DNA from: Paramoeba atlantica
Taxonomy: Eukaryota > Protista > Discosea
Reading direction: 5' to 3'
Assembly (NCBI GenBank): GCA_977017575.1
Contig: CDRNVI010000050.1
Span: 1 to 64,000 of the forward strand
DNA: 64,000 bases
Below are positions 24,101 through 35,334 of the stretch, piece after piece (position 1 is the first letter of the stretch; every line of letters begins with the position of its first letter). Made by a program: the position numbers and the translations under genes. The notes under the pieces are model-generated. The model made no database searches, was not told where the DNA came from, and was given only the letters and a program-made list of their open reading frames with translations.

Positions 24101-25633
24101 CACAAGCATAATAGAGCCCACCCCCTCCCCCCCGGCACCCTCGCCCTCCCCAGCCGCCTCCCCCTCTTCTTCTCCCCAACCCAACGCCTCTCCCTGCTGC
24201 AATCCCACAAAGCCCAAACCAAAAAGGGAAACCCCGCAGTCAACGTAACCGTCCTCGAGGCCTTCGCCTCCAGGGGCTGTGCGATCAGTACCGTTTTACT
24301 CAACCTCCGGGGCGCACTGAAGCGACTGAATACGTACTACGAAGCCGCGAGTACGGGGATGCTAGCCATGGTGAATCCACGGGACCGGTGTATTCACCAC
24401 AGTCTGCAGCCCTGTCGAACGATCACCGGGCGGTTGGCTTCACAGAACCCGAATTGTCAAAACATTCCGCGGAGTGGTGCCGGGGGGTTCTCGGCTTCTT
24501 CGAACGGGGGGGGGAAGGGGACCCATGGGCTTCGCAACGTGTTTGTGAGTCGGTTCGGGGCGACCGCGGGGGTGTGTGTGGAGGTGGACTACACCCAGCT
24601 GGAGGTGGTGGTGCTCGCGGTGCTCTCCGGGGATGCGGAGAGCATTAAGGATTTAACCCGCAAGGTGGATTTTCATTGTAAACGGGTCACGTTGATGCGC
24701 CCGGAGTGGAGCTACGGCCAGGTGGTGCGGGAGGCGAAGGTGTTGAAGACGCCGAGGTTTGTGGAGATGCGGAGGCGGGCGAAGGTGTTTTCGTTTCAGC
24801 GGCAGTACGGGGCGGGGGCCCGTACGATTGCGGAGAATACCGGGATGGAGGTGGAGACGGTGAAGAGGTTGATGGCGAAGGAGAATTTGGTGTATAGCGG
24901 GAATAAACGGTTTTATGACGCCGTCCGGCTTAGTGTGAAGCTCAACACCCCGGAGTCGTTGGAGGAAATTGCAGGAGGAGAGAAGAAATGCGAGGATGGG
25001 GAACAAAACGAAAAAGAGCTTTTAACGCAGGACAACGTGGGTAGGGGGGGTGAAACCATCGAAAAAGGAAATCCTTCAACACGTGCAAACCGTTTGTGTT
25101 CTCAAACCAACTCATCGCCTGAAAAAGATGAAAAAACGACTCCACCTTCCCTATCTTCCTATTCCCCTCAAGAGGGTGAATTTCGTCTCCCCACCGGGAC
25201 CCGTTTCACCTTTCAAACCATGGACCCTAAAATTCTCCGAGCTCGCGGGTTTCATCCCCAAGGCGATCGTAACTTTTCTTACACCCAACTTCTAAATTAT
25301 CCCGTGCAAGGACTTGCGGGGGAGATTGTTCAAATTATGATTGGAGTCCTATGGCGCTCTGTTTTTCTGCGTAATGGAAATTATCAGGGCGCTGCTTTTC
25401 TCACCAACACCGTCCATGACTGTGTGTGGATCGATTGTCGAAAGGAAAAAGTCCATGAGGTGGTGAAGGACACCGAGCGGGTTTTAAAAAGCGTACGCGA
25501 AGTGATGAGCGGGTTGTTTCCGGAAATGAAAATCCCGGTCGATTTTCATGTCGAGACGATGGTGGGCCCGGATATGGGGCGAATGGTGCCGGTGGAGCAG
25601 TATGGGAAGGAAGAGCAGGAGGAATTTCGCTGA
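21170..25633 (+). CDS. Mitochondrial family-A DNA polymerase I-like protein (kinetoplastid PolIB/C/D group; N-terminal exonuclease suggests PolID-like)
   Basis: Exonuclease motifs LILDLETT and VGHNVKFDL. Polymerase motifs TGRLASQNPNCQNIPR, VEVDYTQLE, AKVFSFQRQYGAG, NYPVQGLAGE and TVHDCV. Confidence 0.9.
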   Translation: MTPLTSLSCHLPCPIFRVLTSLPLSSNTFTSSLPTPPAPFLVSCRLYSSRSLSPFSLTPALLEAQKSSPQENSSQKSFLSFSTPNSAFSLQNKENKEKKNINNNEKKKESDNPQNNDDYPTKDNPTTHNPKNNNSPFRSFRQIRDDAAAQNVLNQIQSILSHPSRLQREKDTLKKYKKYLILDLETTIHTHQRRIASPFCEANRVVLPGTLDYRGSLSIPPRKLETKSEMRLPCLDPYEVIVGHNVKFDLLWVWSDPEWKAFLQKGGRIWDTLYGEYLLSGQRVRVGSNLAGLDQVAQRYGGSAKIDEIKKMWQKGVDTSDIHYELLSKYLVGDLKNTEKVFKRQIEKAAQCSQLVVMHARMEGVLATAEMEYNGLFVDLHEGWVQFENLRKEIMKLRSSLEAHIPKQVPAVLRQHFNWLSVRVVSALFFGGVVRIASSQQQLRTSRDVRAAVELAVFSKFLWPSGFRRAYAEPYLKAQGYSTKGTFEEIHEKVCQFVQRNGKFDFGLVLADEDGFFNPVLRVYMRYSAFSNVAHCQSFLRSGYDAQSVRRLVILSATYLEPHIRNALEMLQLSAVWDTPKGDGTPSTENRKQNARTPLRNQNRSTNMQDDLSDTTLDDDALFEPQEKEDLDETNEDMATYDPVVQQRPPILAFLFAHAESLLREIRWLRRSSVRDASRLWAVLSHLCGNRNEEEKAAGSSLSTNQPEEREPEKGSHEGGENPVHLPDNPIVRSFFPPSTEEVVYVSVLKALGRTIGSTRDAFAVPLIASVKTKTKRKQNEEEINHVAFQATDPNPPDETLLQHDDEPNMEDSMESACQNVSSPTEIKKPVSTETSVLLHEANTDDFSLQNSTVESHKRASENQESCPKDGFSEVSTNEICSSENQKSLPFSNKKISPNQNNNNNASHETNLPLHDAPTNTNDKECHKRASENQEPSPKKTSPKNLFSKVSPKTLFSKPTCSSENQQPSPQHNNHNPHKHNRAHPLPPGTLALPSRLPLFFSPTQRLSLLQSHKAQTKKGNPAVNVTVLEAFASRGCAISTVLLNLRGALKRLNTYYEAASTGMLAMVNPRDRCIHHSLQPCRTITGRLASQNPNCQNIPRSGAGGFSASSNGGGKGTHGLRNVFVSRFGATAGVCVEVDYTQLEVVVLAVLSGDAESIKDLTRKVDFHCKRVTLMRPEWSYGQVVREAKVLKTPRFVEMRRRAKVFSFQRQYGAGARTIAENTGMEVETVKRLMAKENLVYSGNKRFYDAVRLSVKLNTPESLEEIAGGEKKCEDGEQNEKELLTQDNVGRGGETIEKGNPSTRANRLCSQTNSSPEKDEKTTPPSLSSYSPQEGEFRLPTGTRFTFQTMDPKILRARGFHPQGDRNFSYTQLLNYPVQGLAGEIVQIMIGVLWRSVFLRNGNYQGAAFLTNTVHDCVWIDCRKEKVHEVVKDTERVLKSVREVMSGLFPEMKIPVDFHVETMVGPDMGRMVPVEQYGKEEQEEFR

Positions 25634-26313
25634 AAAAGGGGGAAGGTGTGTGGGGAATGAAATCAGAAAAAGGGGGGAAATGAAAGGGTGCGTGTTTTTG
25701 GGAACTGCATGTGTTTATCGTTCGTTTATTTTTTAGTTTTTGCGATATTTTTTAAGGATTTTTGCTTTGCATCGCGCATTATTTTCTTGCCCGACTTGTT
25801 AAAATGTTTTTCATACTTTACTATTTCACTCATAATTTTGTTTTCTGTCTGATTCATTTTCTCTTTTTCATGTTCTCTCTCACTTCCAATTCTTGTTTAT
25901 GTGCGTGTGTTTACCTTTTTTTCTACCTTTTATCACTTTATTAGTAAAGTGCTAATCCCATCAAAGATAACGATACGTACGACGCGTATTGTGCAACGGA
26001 AAGCACTACTTTTCTATTCTCAGATGTATTCTTGCATACCTATAAAGGGTAGTATCTATAAAAACATAGTCAGCGACTTTTTTTAATCCTTTTTTCATTT
26101 CTTCCCATTCTACCCTTTTCCTACTCCTGCGTTCTTCCTTGCTCATGGCTCATTCTCTAAGTTTCTTCACCACAGCAGACACGCCCCCCAAAAACCACAT
26201 TCCCGGTTAACATACCTATACCTTGGATGGTTTTCTTGTGTTTGGTTAAGACTACATCTCCTGTTTAAAAAATTCTAGTTCTCTAAATAAGCATCCTTGT
26301 TATTATTTTCAAT

Positions 26314-26916
26314 ATGAATCGTGGTTTTCTGGTACACTCCATTTGCAAAGCCACAGATCCTCCGCAGAGCACCACAACACGTACAGGTAAGGTCAGGGGC
26401 ATGTCTCTCCCTCCGGAATATGAACTCACAAAGTTTATTAGTAATGTTCAAGGTTTATACATGTCATGGAGTACGGCTACACCCGCATGTGAGTGGGATG
26501 GTGTGATGTGTAGAGAGGAGGGTGAAGTCATCCGCATTGCTTGGCATGCGCGAGAATTGTCTGGTACTTTGCATTGGGATTCTATACCACGCTCTGTAAA
26601 AAAAATGGACCTGAGCAGCAATGAATTGAGCGGGTGCATAAATTTCGCGTCGCTTCCCCCTGGACTTGAAAAAATGTGGCTCCAGTGCAACAGGTTTACT
26701 GGTGAGCTGCACCTTGAGGACCTGCCACCTACCATGCGAATTCTGAACATCTCACAAAATCGGTTTACTGGCTTTGTTGATCTTTCATACCTGAAAGATT
26801 CAAAGATTACTGAATTTGACATAATGGGAAATACAAATCTCCTAGGATGGATTCCGAAAGACATTGAACCGAAAACTGCTTGGTGGGACTTTCCGGCTGA
26901 TTGGATTCAGAATTGA
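26314..26916 (+). CDS. Short LRR protein (200 aa)
   Basis: RTGKVRGMSLPPEYEL cap, TPACEWDGVMC and LRR repeats. Confidence 0.85.
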   Translation: MNRGFLVHSICKATDPPQSTTTRTGKVRGMSLPPEYELTKFISNVQGLYMSWSTATPACEWDGVMCREEGEVIRIAWHARELSGTLHWDSIPRSVKKMDLSSNELSGCINFASLPPGLEKMWLQCNRFTGELHLEDLPPTMRILNISQNRFTGFVDLSYLKDSKITEFDIMGNTNLLGWIPKDIEPKTAWWDFPADWIQN

Positions 26917-27195
26917 ACTTAGTAACCCGGGGGCGGAAATAAACCCCCCGTCACGATTAAGTGACCATAGGCTGAAATCTTTGCGGAGGGGGGGAAGTCG
27001 CTTCCCCCTGGACTATGAAAAAATACATAGCACATCTTCGTGTAGAATTTCGCGTTCTACACGTTCCCGCTATTATTTTCTTCCATAGAGAAACTAAAAT
27101 GTTCAAAAACAAAACGAAATATCGAGTTTTCAAAAAAAAGAAACTTTTTTTTATGAGAAGTACAAAGTTCCTACTATCTAAATGGGGTTTGACGC

Positions 27196-27579
27196 CATAG
27201 TAGAAGTTAATAATTATTACGTTAATAATTATTAATAATTTCTATTATTAGGAGGAGACAAATTATTAAGAATTATTAAGATTTGATGACGGGCCCGAAA
27301 TATTGCAGTGACAGGGACGACCGCGAGGACGGCCTTCTCACAAGCAGGTTTTTCAGCGGTATTTCTCATTTTGCTTGGGACATTTCAGACAAAGCCAGTA
27401 CGTCGAGTCGTCAGGACTTCTAACGAACCACCATTCCATTAGAATATCGCTGCCCGAGGCTTTCGGCATTGACAAAAAAGTGACAAAAATTAGTGTATAA
27501 TAATTCTTAATAATTATTAATAATTATTAATTATAATTTATTATTAGAGGTCAAAATTATTAATAATTCTGCTACTATG
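27196..27579. mobile_element. MITE with 8-bp TSD (hAT- or P-like), 384 bp
   Basis: TTTGACGC at 27188-95 and 27580-87. TIR catagtag..taataatt / aattatta..ctactatg, with subterminal aataatt repeats. Confidence 0.85.
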
Positions 27580-27835
27580 TTTGACGCAAGCAGGAACTCT
27601 TCTCCCGTTTATCCCCTCCCAGTAAGAGGCACCCCAATAAGAAAATTTTGGCCCTTTTTGGGCTGACGCCCAGTAAGAGATATTTGGCTCAGTGGGGTGG
27701 TTGGAGAAGTTGGAAGGGTTTCGGTGGTTCGGGTGGTGAGAGTGGTTGAGCCGGCGGGGAAGGCAGAGTTGTGGGATTGACTGGGCAGCAAATCAACGCA
27801 CTCGTGAGTAAATTAATTAATTATTATAATTTTTA

Positions 27836-28040
27836 GGATCTTCGTTAAACGCGGTGGTTGTTTTCAACTTAGAAGTCACTCATGCTGCGCTCTTCGAGTT
27901 GAAAACTACCACCGCGTTTAACGAAGAGCCTAAAAAAGAAAATTTAGCCTGGAAAACGGAAAGATTATAGCCAAAAACAGCCGAATTTCGGGTAAAAATG
28001 GGGTGATTTTCGCGTATTTTTGCTCTCAGAGCACTAAATC
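27836..28040 (-). repeat. Partial inverted copy of hairpin-ended repeat R1
   Basis: Reverse complement of 28762-28967. Confidence 0.85.
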
Positions 28041-28056
28041 CCTGGACCCCCCCCTG

Positions 28057-28967
28057 GATTGCGGTGGTTGTAAAACTACCGCTCTACACTTGATTATTGT
28101 GGTGGTTGTAAAACTACCGCTCTACACTCGATTATTGAAAAAAACGTGAACAAAAACAGTGAAAATATAAAGGGGAACACAGTAATAAATAATTTATAAT
28201 AGAAGAAAAAAATATAAAAGGGGGCTCCGGTGGTCCAAAACTGAAAAAATTGAAAAAACTGGGGGGTCCAGGGAGGGCGTCATGGTCGAGCAAATTTCTT
28301 CGAAAAAATTAGTTTTCGAAAACAAAACCGCAGAAAGGGTAGCCGGGGTCTTGGCGCGCATTTTCCACCCCCCTACCGGGGGGTAACCCCCCCGCGTATC
28401 CGCAGGACGGGTCCGCCAAGTTCGGATTTTTTCGGAAAAAAAAATTTGAAAAAAAATTCAACTTAGCTAAAAAAATGACAAAAAAAATATTTTTCCAAAA
28501 TCGTTTCCCCTATTGTATTTTGATAGTTTGGGACCTACACTAGCTTTCTCCGCAGTTGTTTTCGCAAGGTATCACTTCTTCGAACCGTGGTGCGCCCCTC
28601 AAAATGACCCATTTTTAACTAAAAAAGGTGAAAAAGTATTTTTCGGACCTAAAGGGGCATTTTTGTGTCGAAAGAATGGTATGGTTGGAGTCGCATTCTC
28701 TACCCAATACGTTTGGTAGTCTTCCATTCATGCCTACGAGTGATTTCCCACGCGCAAATGTCGGATTTAGTGCTCTGAGGGCAAAATGCGCGAAAATCAC
28801 CCCATTTTTACCCGAAATTCGGCTATTTTTGGCTATAATCTTTCCGTTTTCCAGGCTAAATTTTCTTTTTTAGGCTCTTCGTTAAACGCGGTGGTACTTT
28901 TCAACGCGAATCGCGCAGCATGAGTGACTTCTAAGTTGAAAACAACCACCGCGTTTAACGAAGAGCC
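28057..28967 (+). repeat. Hairpin-ended interspersed repeat R1 (~0.9 kb), copy A
   Basis: Colinear with 50551-51413 (+) and 36220-37420 (-). Small left hairpin gcggtggttgtaaaactaccgc and a ~95-bp right palindrome. Confidence 0.85.
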
Positions 28968-29186
28968 TAAAATATTTCCCTGCTTTCATTCGGACACTAC
29001 GGCACGCGGCCTTGCTCACTAAACGACGAATAGTCTCCCCCGCTGCGATAGGGAGAACGTCGTTTTCCCCCTTCTTGAGCGCGCATAGTCGCGCACCTGC
29101 GAAATACAGTGGTGTTCAGCGTCTTTTACCCCCCCCCCTACAGGTCTTGTATTTTGTCCGATTTCGGAAATATTTGGTATACCACC

Positions 29187-29786
29187 GTTTTTCGACCTAA
29201 TCGTTCCGAATCCGAGGTCCTTTTCACTCGACCTCCCTCCCCCCTAGCCAGGTAGGGGTGAAAAAAGCTAATTACAATTTTTTTGGGTTTATTTTTTTGA
29301 ATGTTTCGGATGAGGAACAGTAGTAAAGTAGGTCAGAAGACGTGGAAAAGGAGTGCAAAGTAATCTCTAGTATTTAGTCATACACTTGTATGCACTTTAG
29401 TCTCCTTGACCAAAAGAAAACGTTTACTATAGTCCCGGAAGGCATTCTTAAACGTTTCCGGTTAATCTTCAGAAAAAAAGCGAAAAGTTTCAATAATGGA
29501 CCCGGGGCTAAGTTTATGAAATTTTTCGAGTGTCTTATAGGACTTAAGTCGCTCTCAATCGATCGCGAGTGCCGTGCGCATCTCGGGGCACACGAGACTC
29601 CTGCCTCGTGGAAGGTAAGCACAGGAGCTGGTGCTTCTCCGTCATGAATCACCAACAAGTGTACCAATTTTGAAAAAAATGTACTCTGAAAAAAATCGGC
29701 TTTTGCAGTTTTTTTTCGGCTTAGGTATGATACAGGTGTCCACGAGTGAAAAGGACCTCGGATTCGGAACGATTGGGTCGAAAAAC
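29187..29786. repeat. 44-bp inverted repeat pair, probable degenerate TIR element
   Basis: gtttttcgacctaatcgttccgaatccgaggtccttttcactcg (29187-29230) versus its reverse complement at 29743-29786, one mismatch. Confidence 0.7.
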
Positions 29787-30022
29787 AGTCGCATACAAAA
29801 TATTTTATTTTGGGCGACAAAATATTTCTATTTTATTTTGGGCGACATTTTTACATGTCAGCTTGGGGATTCCAATTATTTCACACGCTGCTTCTATCGT
29901 TCGGCTGTACGACCCCCGCCCCACTTAAGAGTCCGGAAAATTGCAGGGGTCTGAAAATCTACAAAATCTATAATTATAGTACTATATAGTATTATAATTT
30001 TTCAAATACTATATATAAAAAT

Positions 30023-31098
30023 CCAGGGTTCGCAGAAACTATAAAACTATCAATATAGTACTATATAGTTACTATAAACTTTTTTCGAAAACTATAAAAA
30101 ACTATATTTTTTTGTTTCACATTTTAGGCACTCCGAAGCTCACCAACACGCCATAAATACACGGCGAATTCATTTGTGTACGATTTTTCTTATTTTTAAA
30201 CCCGAAAATTGATGCCCGAAATTAAAGTTACGAGGGGTATTTTCTGCAAAGATTATTTTATTGAACTGCTGCACACGGAGGGAAGTAAACAAGCGGTTGA
30301 ATGTAACTTGTGTCAGGAGGGGACGTACCCCAGTCCCATCGCGTGGCCTTGACAGATTGCCTTGTGCGAATCTTGCGTCCCGAACATCTTCTCACTGCAT
30401 CGCTGTCGCCGCGCGTTGGCTGGAGCCACCGACGTTATGTCTTGGGACTGAATAACTGCTGCTCACAATTCTATGAGTTTGAATAAATACAATCATATGA
30501 GTCTGAATAAATTACGCGGTGTGTTGTCGAGTGGAGAGTTTGTACTTCCTATCGTCATTCCTTTCGCATGCGTTTCATTGCTATTTCCGAGGAGATGACA
30601 CACAAGTTGATGATATTTTTCGGCGGTGATGGAATCGCGGGGAAGAGGGAGCATGTTTCGATAGCTATGTAACCCAGGATAAAGTGGACGAGGGAGGTTC
30701 TAAAAGCACCTTTAAACCACCACAAAAATAGAATGATATCTCCCGGTTTGTAAAGGATTCCGACGTGCCAAAAGAATCTTTAAGGGACATACCCTTCCAT
30801 TTTTATGGTGGTTTAAAGGTGCTTTTAGAACCTCCCTCGTCCACTTTAGCTTGGGTTACATTTTTTTCAGAATTTCTTGTCATATCATACGTATGTAAGC
30901 GTGTAAGAACGCATGTAGAGGCGTGTGTATGTCCTTCACAAGCGGAGAGGACTCAAAAAATATCACTTGTAAAGTGAAAAAAACTTTATAGTTTTCTTAT
31001 AGTTTTATAGTAAAATATAGTAAATATAGTACTATATAGTAACTATATTCAATGAAAAAAACTATATTTTACTATATTATAGTTTCTGCGAACCCTGA
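30023..31098. mobile_element. hAT-like non-autonomous element (~1.07 kb)
   Basis: 21-bp TIR cagggttcgcagaaactataa and actatat/atatagt subterminal repeats. An 8-bp direct repeat ataaaaat lies one base outside the TIRs (AT-rich, so weak evidence). Confidence 0.7.
30667..30861. mobile_element. Fold-back MITE with ~65-bp arms; partial homologue at ~43620-43750
   Basis: atgtaacccaggataaagtggacgagggaggttctaaaagcacctttaaaccacc versus its reverse complement ending gggttacat. Confidence 0.75.
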
Positions 31099-31475
31099 AT
31101 AAAAATGTAAGAGAAATGTTGTACATTTGTACACAACATGGTCTGGTTTCACATTCCTGTAGCCTGATAACATTCTGGGAGGGGGGTGTTATGATGTCCC
31201 ACGTATTTTTTAATATCCCCCCTAAACAATTCTTAAGTCACGGACAATCCAGACCTTTCACAGACAGATTTGGAGGTTCGGAGACCGATGTCCTCTACCA
31301 TTTTCCGTTTGTCCAAGGCGGCACCAACGTGCAGTTACCAACACGTTGCGTCGCCGGATTGTACGTCTTACCCAAGAGAATCTTGAATCGATAACATTCC
31401 TGTAGCTATTCCTTCATCCTTTACATTAATATCAAAGTTTCACCTTATTTTCTACAACCACGTATTCAAGAAAGA

Positions 31476-32186
31476 ATGAACACGAGCATTCCACTGAAGG
31501 CTGCGAAGGTGCGAGGGAATTTGCCGCCTCCAGAATATCAACTTGTGCATCTCATTGAAAACGTCATCGTGAACCGTTATCAGCCCTCATGGGGTACGGA
31601 GATTCCAGCTTGTAAGTGGAGTGGAATCTCATGCGATGAGGAAGGCCGTGTTATTGAAATCAAGTGGTATCAATTCCTCCTTTCAGGGACTCTTCAGTGG
31701 GAATTTCTTCCTCATACTCTGAATACTTTTATTCTCAATGTCAATAGACTCGAAGGTAAGGTGCCTTTTACAGACCTGCCACCTAAACTTCTTCATCTCT
31801 ACATGGATGGTAATTTTTTTCATAGCAAAGCTGATTTCACTGCGCTTCCAGATACTATAGCCTATATGGTCTTGCGTTGCAACAATTTTTCCGGAGAGAT
31901 CTGTCTCACTAAGTTACCTCAAACCCTTTCTTGGCTTAACTTAGCAAGAAATCGATTCAGTGGGCCGTTGGATCTAACTAACCTTCCCTCCGCAATGAAT
32001 TCACTTTTTCTAAATAACAATCAGTTTTGTGGTCATGTGAGCTTGAGTTCTCTCCCCAAAGTAATGAGTCGTCTGGGTTTGGGCAGTAACCCGTCTCTGT
32101 ACATTAAAGACAGTGCATTCAAGGAGAAAGCATTTGAAGTTCCGGAAGGAAATGTAATGGACCTTGTGAGGAAAGTAATTCCGTAA
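31476..32186 (+). CDS. Short LRR protein, subfamily B (236 aa)
   Basis: MNTSIPLKAAKVRGNLPPPEYQL cap plus six 23-aa LRRs. Confidence 0.85.
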   Translation: MNTSIPLKAAKVRGNLPPPEYQLVHLIENVIVNRYQPSWGTEIPACKWSGISCDEEGRVIEIKWYQFLLSGTLQWEFLPHTLNTFILNVNRLEGKVPFTDLPPKLLHLYMDGNFFHSKADFTALPDTIAYMVLRCNNFSGEICLTKLPQTLSWLNLARNRFSGPLDLTNLPSAMNSLFLNNNQFCGHVSLSSLPKVMSRLGLGSNPSLYIKDSAFKEKAFEVPEGNVMDLVRKVIP

Positions 32187-32750
32187 TTGTGTCCATTGGC
32201 GTAGACTTTAACGGTCATACTTGGACGCGGGAACTAATTTTAAGTCTGTTCAAGGACTCATTAGGGCGAAATACGACCGGTGGTGGCTGAATGGTTGAAG
32301 TTGTGCACCTTTTTTGAGCCGATGAAAATACCATCGGAGAAATAATACCAGTAATGAATATTTTATAATTTGCAACCGGTAATGAAGCCTGCAAATTTAC
32401 TCTCTCTGCGGATGGCACGAAATGGCACAGGATGGCACGGCGAGTCTAGTTTTAGGAACTTAGATCATTTCATTGTTTATGATAAAAAGTGTACGGAAAT
32501 AATGACTCCTTCTGATTCTCTTCACCTCACTATCCTCCCCCGGATCGTTAAACTGTTCTGTGGTTTAAAAAGGACAAAAAAACGAAATTTTCTCAGGGGG
32601 GCAAGATCAACTGAAACCCCTGTATGAATCTGGTTTTCTCTGTGTCCCTTTAGCACAAGTCTCTTGAACACGCCATTTTCTCTTTTGTCTCCACGTCATT
32701 AGCTCGGGTTCCCTCATTTGTCTCTTTCATTTGGTACGAATTACTTTTTC

Positions 32751-33488
32751 ATGTCAGACGAAAGCAATTACACACCCGCCCGCCTCGGTAAGACTCGAGG
32801 GATTGCATTGCCCCAGGAATACCATCTCACACGACTGGTCCAAAATATAACAAAAAGGCACGAATCTTGGACAACCGCAACAAAAGCTTGTGATTGGCAC
32901 GGTGTGCGGTGCAATGCGCAAAAAGACGTTACCTCTTTTCAGTGGAGTGAATATAATATACCCACCAGTTCGCTATCCGGAACTCTTGAGTGGTCTGGAC
33001 TTCCGCACTCGACCCGCAAGTTTGTTGTCTCTCACAATCACTTACAAGGTGAGCTTGTGTGCGAGAAACTACCCACTAATTTAGAGGAACTCGATCTGAC
33101 GAATAATCGATTTTCTGGGACACCGCAGTTTTCTTCTCTTCCTCCAAACTTGCGGATTCTAACCCTTCGAAACAATCGTTTCTCAGGTGAGCTGTCGTTT
33201 TCTAAACTACCCTCACGGATGGTAGTACTGAACCTCGGACTCAACAAATTTTCTGGGGCTCCTGAGCTACGTTTCCTTCCGTGCTTTCTGGAAGAACTTT
33301 ACCTCTCCGATAATCACTTATCCGGGTGGGTGAATCTGGCCCTGCTTCCACATTGGCTGACGGTGTTGCATTTGCACAACAATCTTGAGCTTTCGGGGGA
33401 GCTGCTTAAACCATCTTCGTCCCTATCCTGTAATATTCAGGCCACGAAGATAACGATAAAGTATAGCAGTCTGCGCACGAGTACCTAA
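32751..33488 (+). CDS. Short LRR protein (~245 aa; first ATG 32751, ORF open from 32718)
   Basis: RLGKTRGIALPQEYHL cap, KACDWHGVRC and LRR repeats. Confidence 0.85.
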   Translation: MSDESNYTPARLGKTRGIALPQEYHLTRLVQNITKRHESWTTATKACDWHGVRCNAQKDVTSFQWSEYNIPTSSLSGTLEWSGLPHSTRKFVVSHNHLQGELVCEKLPTNLEELDLTNNRFSGTPQFSSLPPNLRILTLRNNRFSGELSFSKLPSRMVVLNLGLNKFSGAPELRFLPCFLEELYLSDNHLSGWVNLALLPHWLTVLHLHNNLELSGELLKPSSSLSCNIQATKITIKYSSLRTST

Positions 33489-33816
33489 TGCATGTGCTAT
33501 CATCTACAAAGTTGCACTTCCCCTCCCGTTTATAATTTTCTTTTTTTAAAGTAACATCCTTTCTTTTTTTGTCCATTTTCTTTTGTTTTCTTGGATAACC
33601 ACAGCACTAGTAGAAGGGGAAAGGTTTCAGAATTATTGCACATTTCGCGCTCTTCACACTTTTCACTGAGGACTAAACGTTTTACATTTTTACAATTCTT
33701 TATTACAACCCCCCTATTTACATACCCTGGAGGTGACTTGTATTGACCTCATTACATGTGTAGTGAGTCACTATACTCACTACACTTTCACCACCATACG
33801 TTTTGGCTTTCACGTA

Positions 33817-34003
33817 CTGTGCCCCCCCCCCTACTTATTTGTTACCACTTTTTCAAAAAAAGGACAATTAAGTGGGGGGGTCAATTTATTTGGTTAGATG
33901 AAACAAAGGAATCTCCAAAGCGTTCGGATAAAATTGGCTTTACAGAAACGGTATCTTTATCGTATGAGTAGTTTTTCTACCTTTCCCGTACTAGTAAAGT
34001 TTA

Positions 34004-34040
<37 letters not shown>

Positions 34041-34941
34041 TTCTTTTGTCAAACCGCTATAAGGTATGGGGTTTGATAGAGCACCGACTCGTGGGGCAGG
34101 AGGCCATATTGTAACCCAAGCATCAAGGCGGCATGGGCGAGACGACCGGGATGGTGGTGGGAAATGACTGTTCGCAGTGAGGGAAGAAGGGAGTGGTGGT
34201 GGTAGGGAACGGTTGTTCGCAGGGAGGATTCCAAAATTTTACAGGCGTACTGGAAAGAACCAAAACCATTCTGCGAAAGTCTGAAGGCCAATTTTTTGGG
34301 AATACGAATGGAAGAAGCACATTCTTTTTTGGCGAGTTCGTAGTGAAACGGTCTCATCGTGGGTGACACCAAAGTCTACTTATGATGACTTTACTGTTCG
34401 TACGGCAGTAAGCTGAATTGCACGGCTCCTTTGGATGCTCAGAATCGTACGCAAACCGCTGTATGAAGTTGATTATGCTATGGAACTCCTCTCCGAATGT
34501 ACAAGTCAGGCGCATGCCCATAATTGGAATTCAAGATTATCTAGCGTACTTCTCTTGCAATGGAACACTGGAAAATCAGATATTTTCCGATTGGCCATAG
34601 ACCGAACCTGGAACCAAGCCAGCGAACCGCGCACAACAGGACTAACTCTTTATACTGCCACAGACGCGTCAAAACTCTGTGGAAGAGGTGGACTAAGTTT
34701 CAAAGAAAAAAAATGTAGCTAGGTATAGCGTATTGTGATATGAAAAACTTGAAGTAGACAGTTTATAAATACAAACAATACTACTTCAGACGTCGGGTTC
34801 TGATACACTGTATGTATGAGGTTCGTAGGGAAAAATTGCCCGCCCCCAAAAAAAAAATCCGGCGCAGCTTCTGCGCAGTCTCGTCAAAAAGGACAATTAA
34901 GTGGGGGGGTGGGACTACGACAAATAAGTGGGGGGGCACAG
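33817..34941. mobile_element. TA-flanked non-autonomous TIR element (1125 bp) with gene-like interior
   Basis: TA-ctgtgcccccc..acttatttgt ... acaaataagtgggggggcacag-TA, with a subterminal aaaaggacaattaagtggggg repeat at both ends. Confidence 0.8.
34004..34040. repeat. (TAG)n microsatellite
   Basis: Direct reading of the sequence. Confidence 0.9.
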
Positions 34942-35334
34942 TACCTCCTTGGATGTTCGATAAACATTGACTCCTGCAGAACTTTGGACAGAAACGTGCA
35001 AGGGAAGATTGAAGCAGAGATGAAGGCTGTGAGGGAAGGGGTCGCGCGCGTCAGCATTGAATTGTTTCAAGCTACACCCAAGCCAAAAATTATTATCGCT
35101 AAATAATTTTTCGCTAATAATTTTTCCCTTGTAGCTACATATTTTGTTCTCTAGAACAGCGAAGTCACAAACTTTTCAATTCGAATGCTGAAAATGGCCA
35201 AAATCTGGGGTAAAAAGTTGACTTTTTCGCCTAGAAATCGGGTATTTTCGCCCGAATGCTGTTTTCGGTTCCTATTTATCTTGATAAATGATAATGGAGA
35301 GTCTGCAGATGGGCTAGGTTGGGGTTCAAAAAAA

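Noticed and set aside
28057-28140. CRISPR-like array (38-bp palindromic unit; also the 10-bp and ccggtg arrays)
   Set aside because: The units are directly tandem with no unique spacers, there are no cas genes, and the context is eukaryotic.
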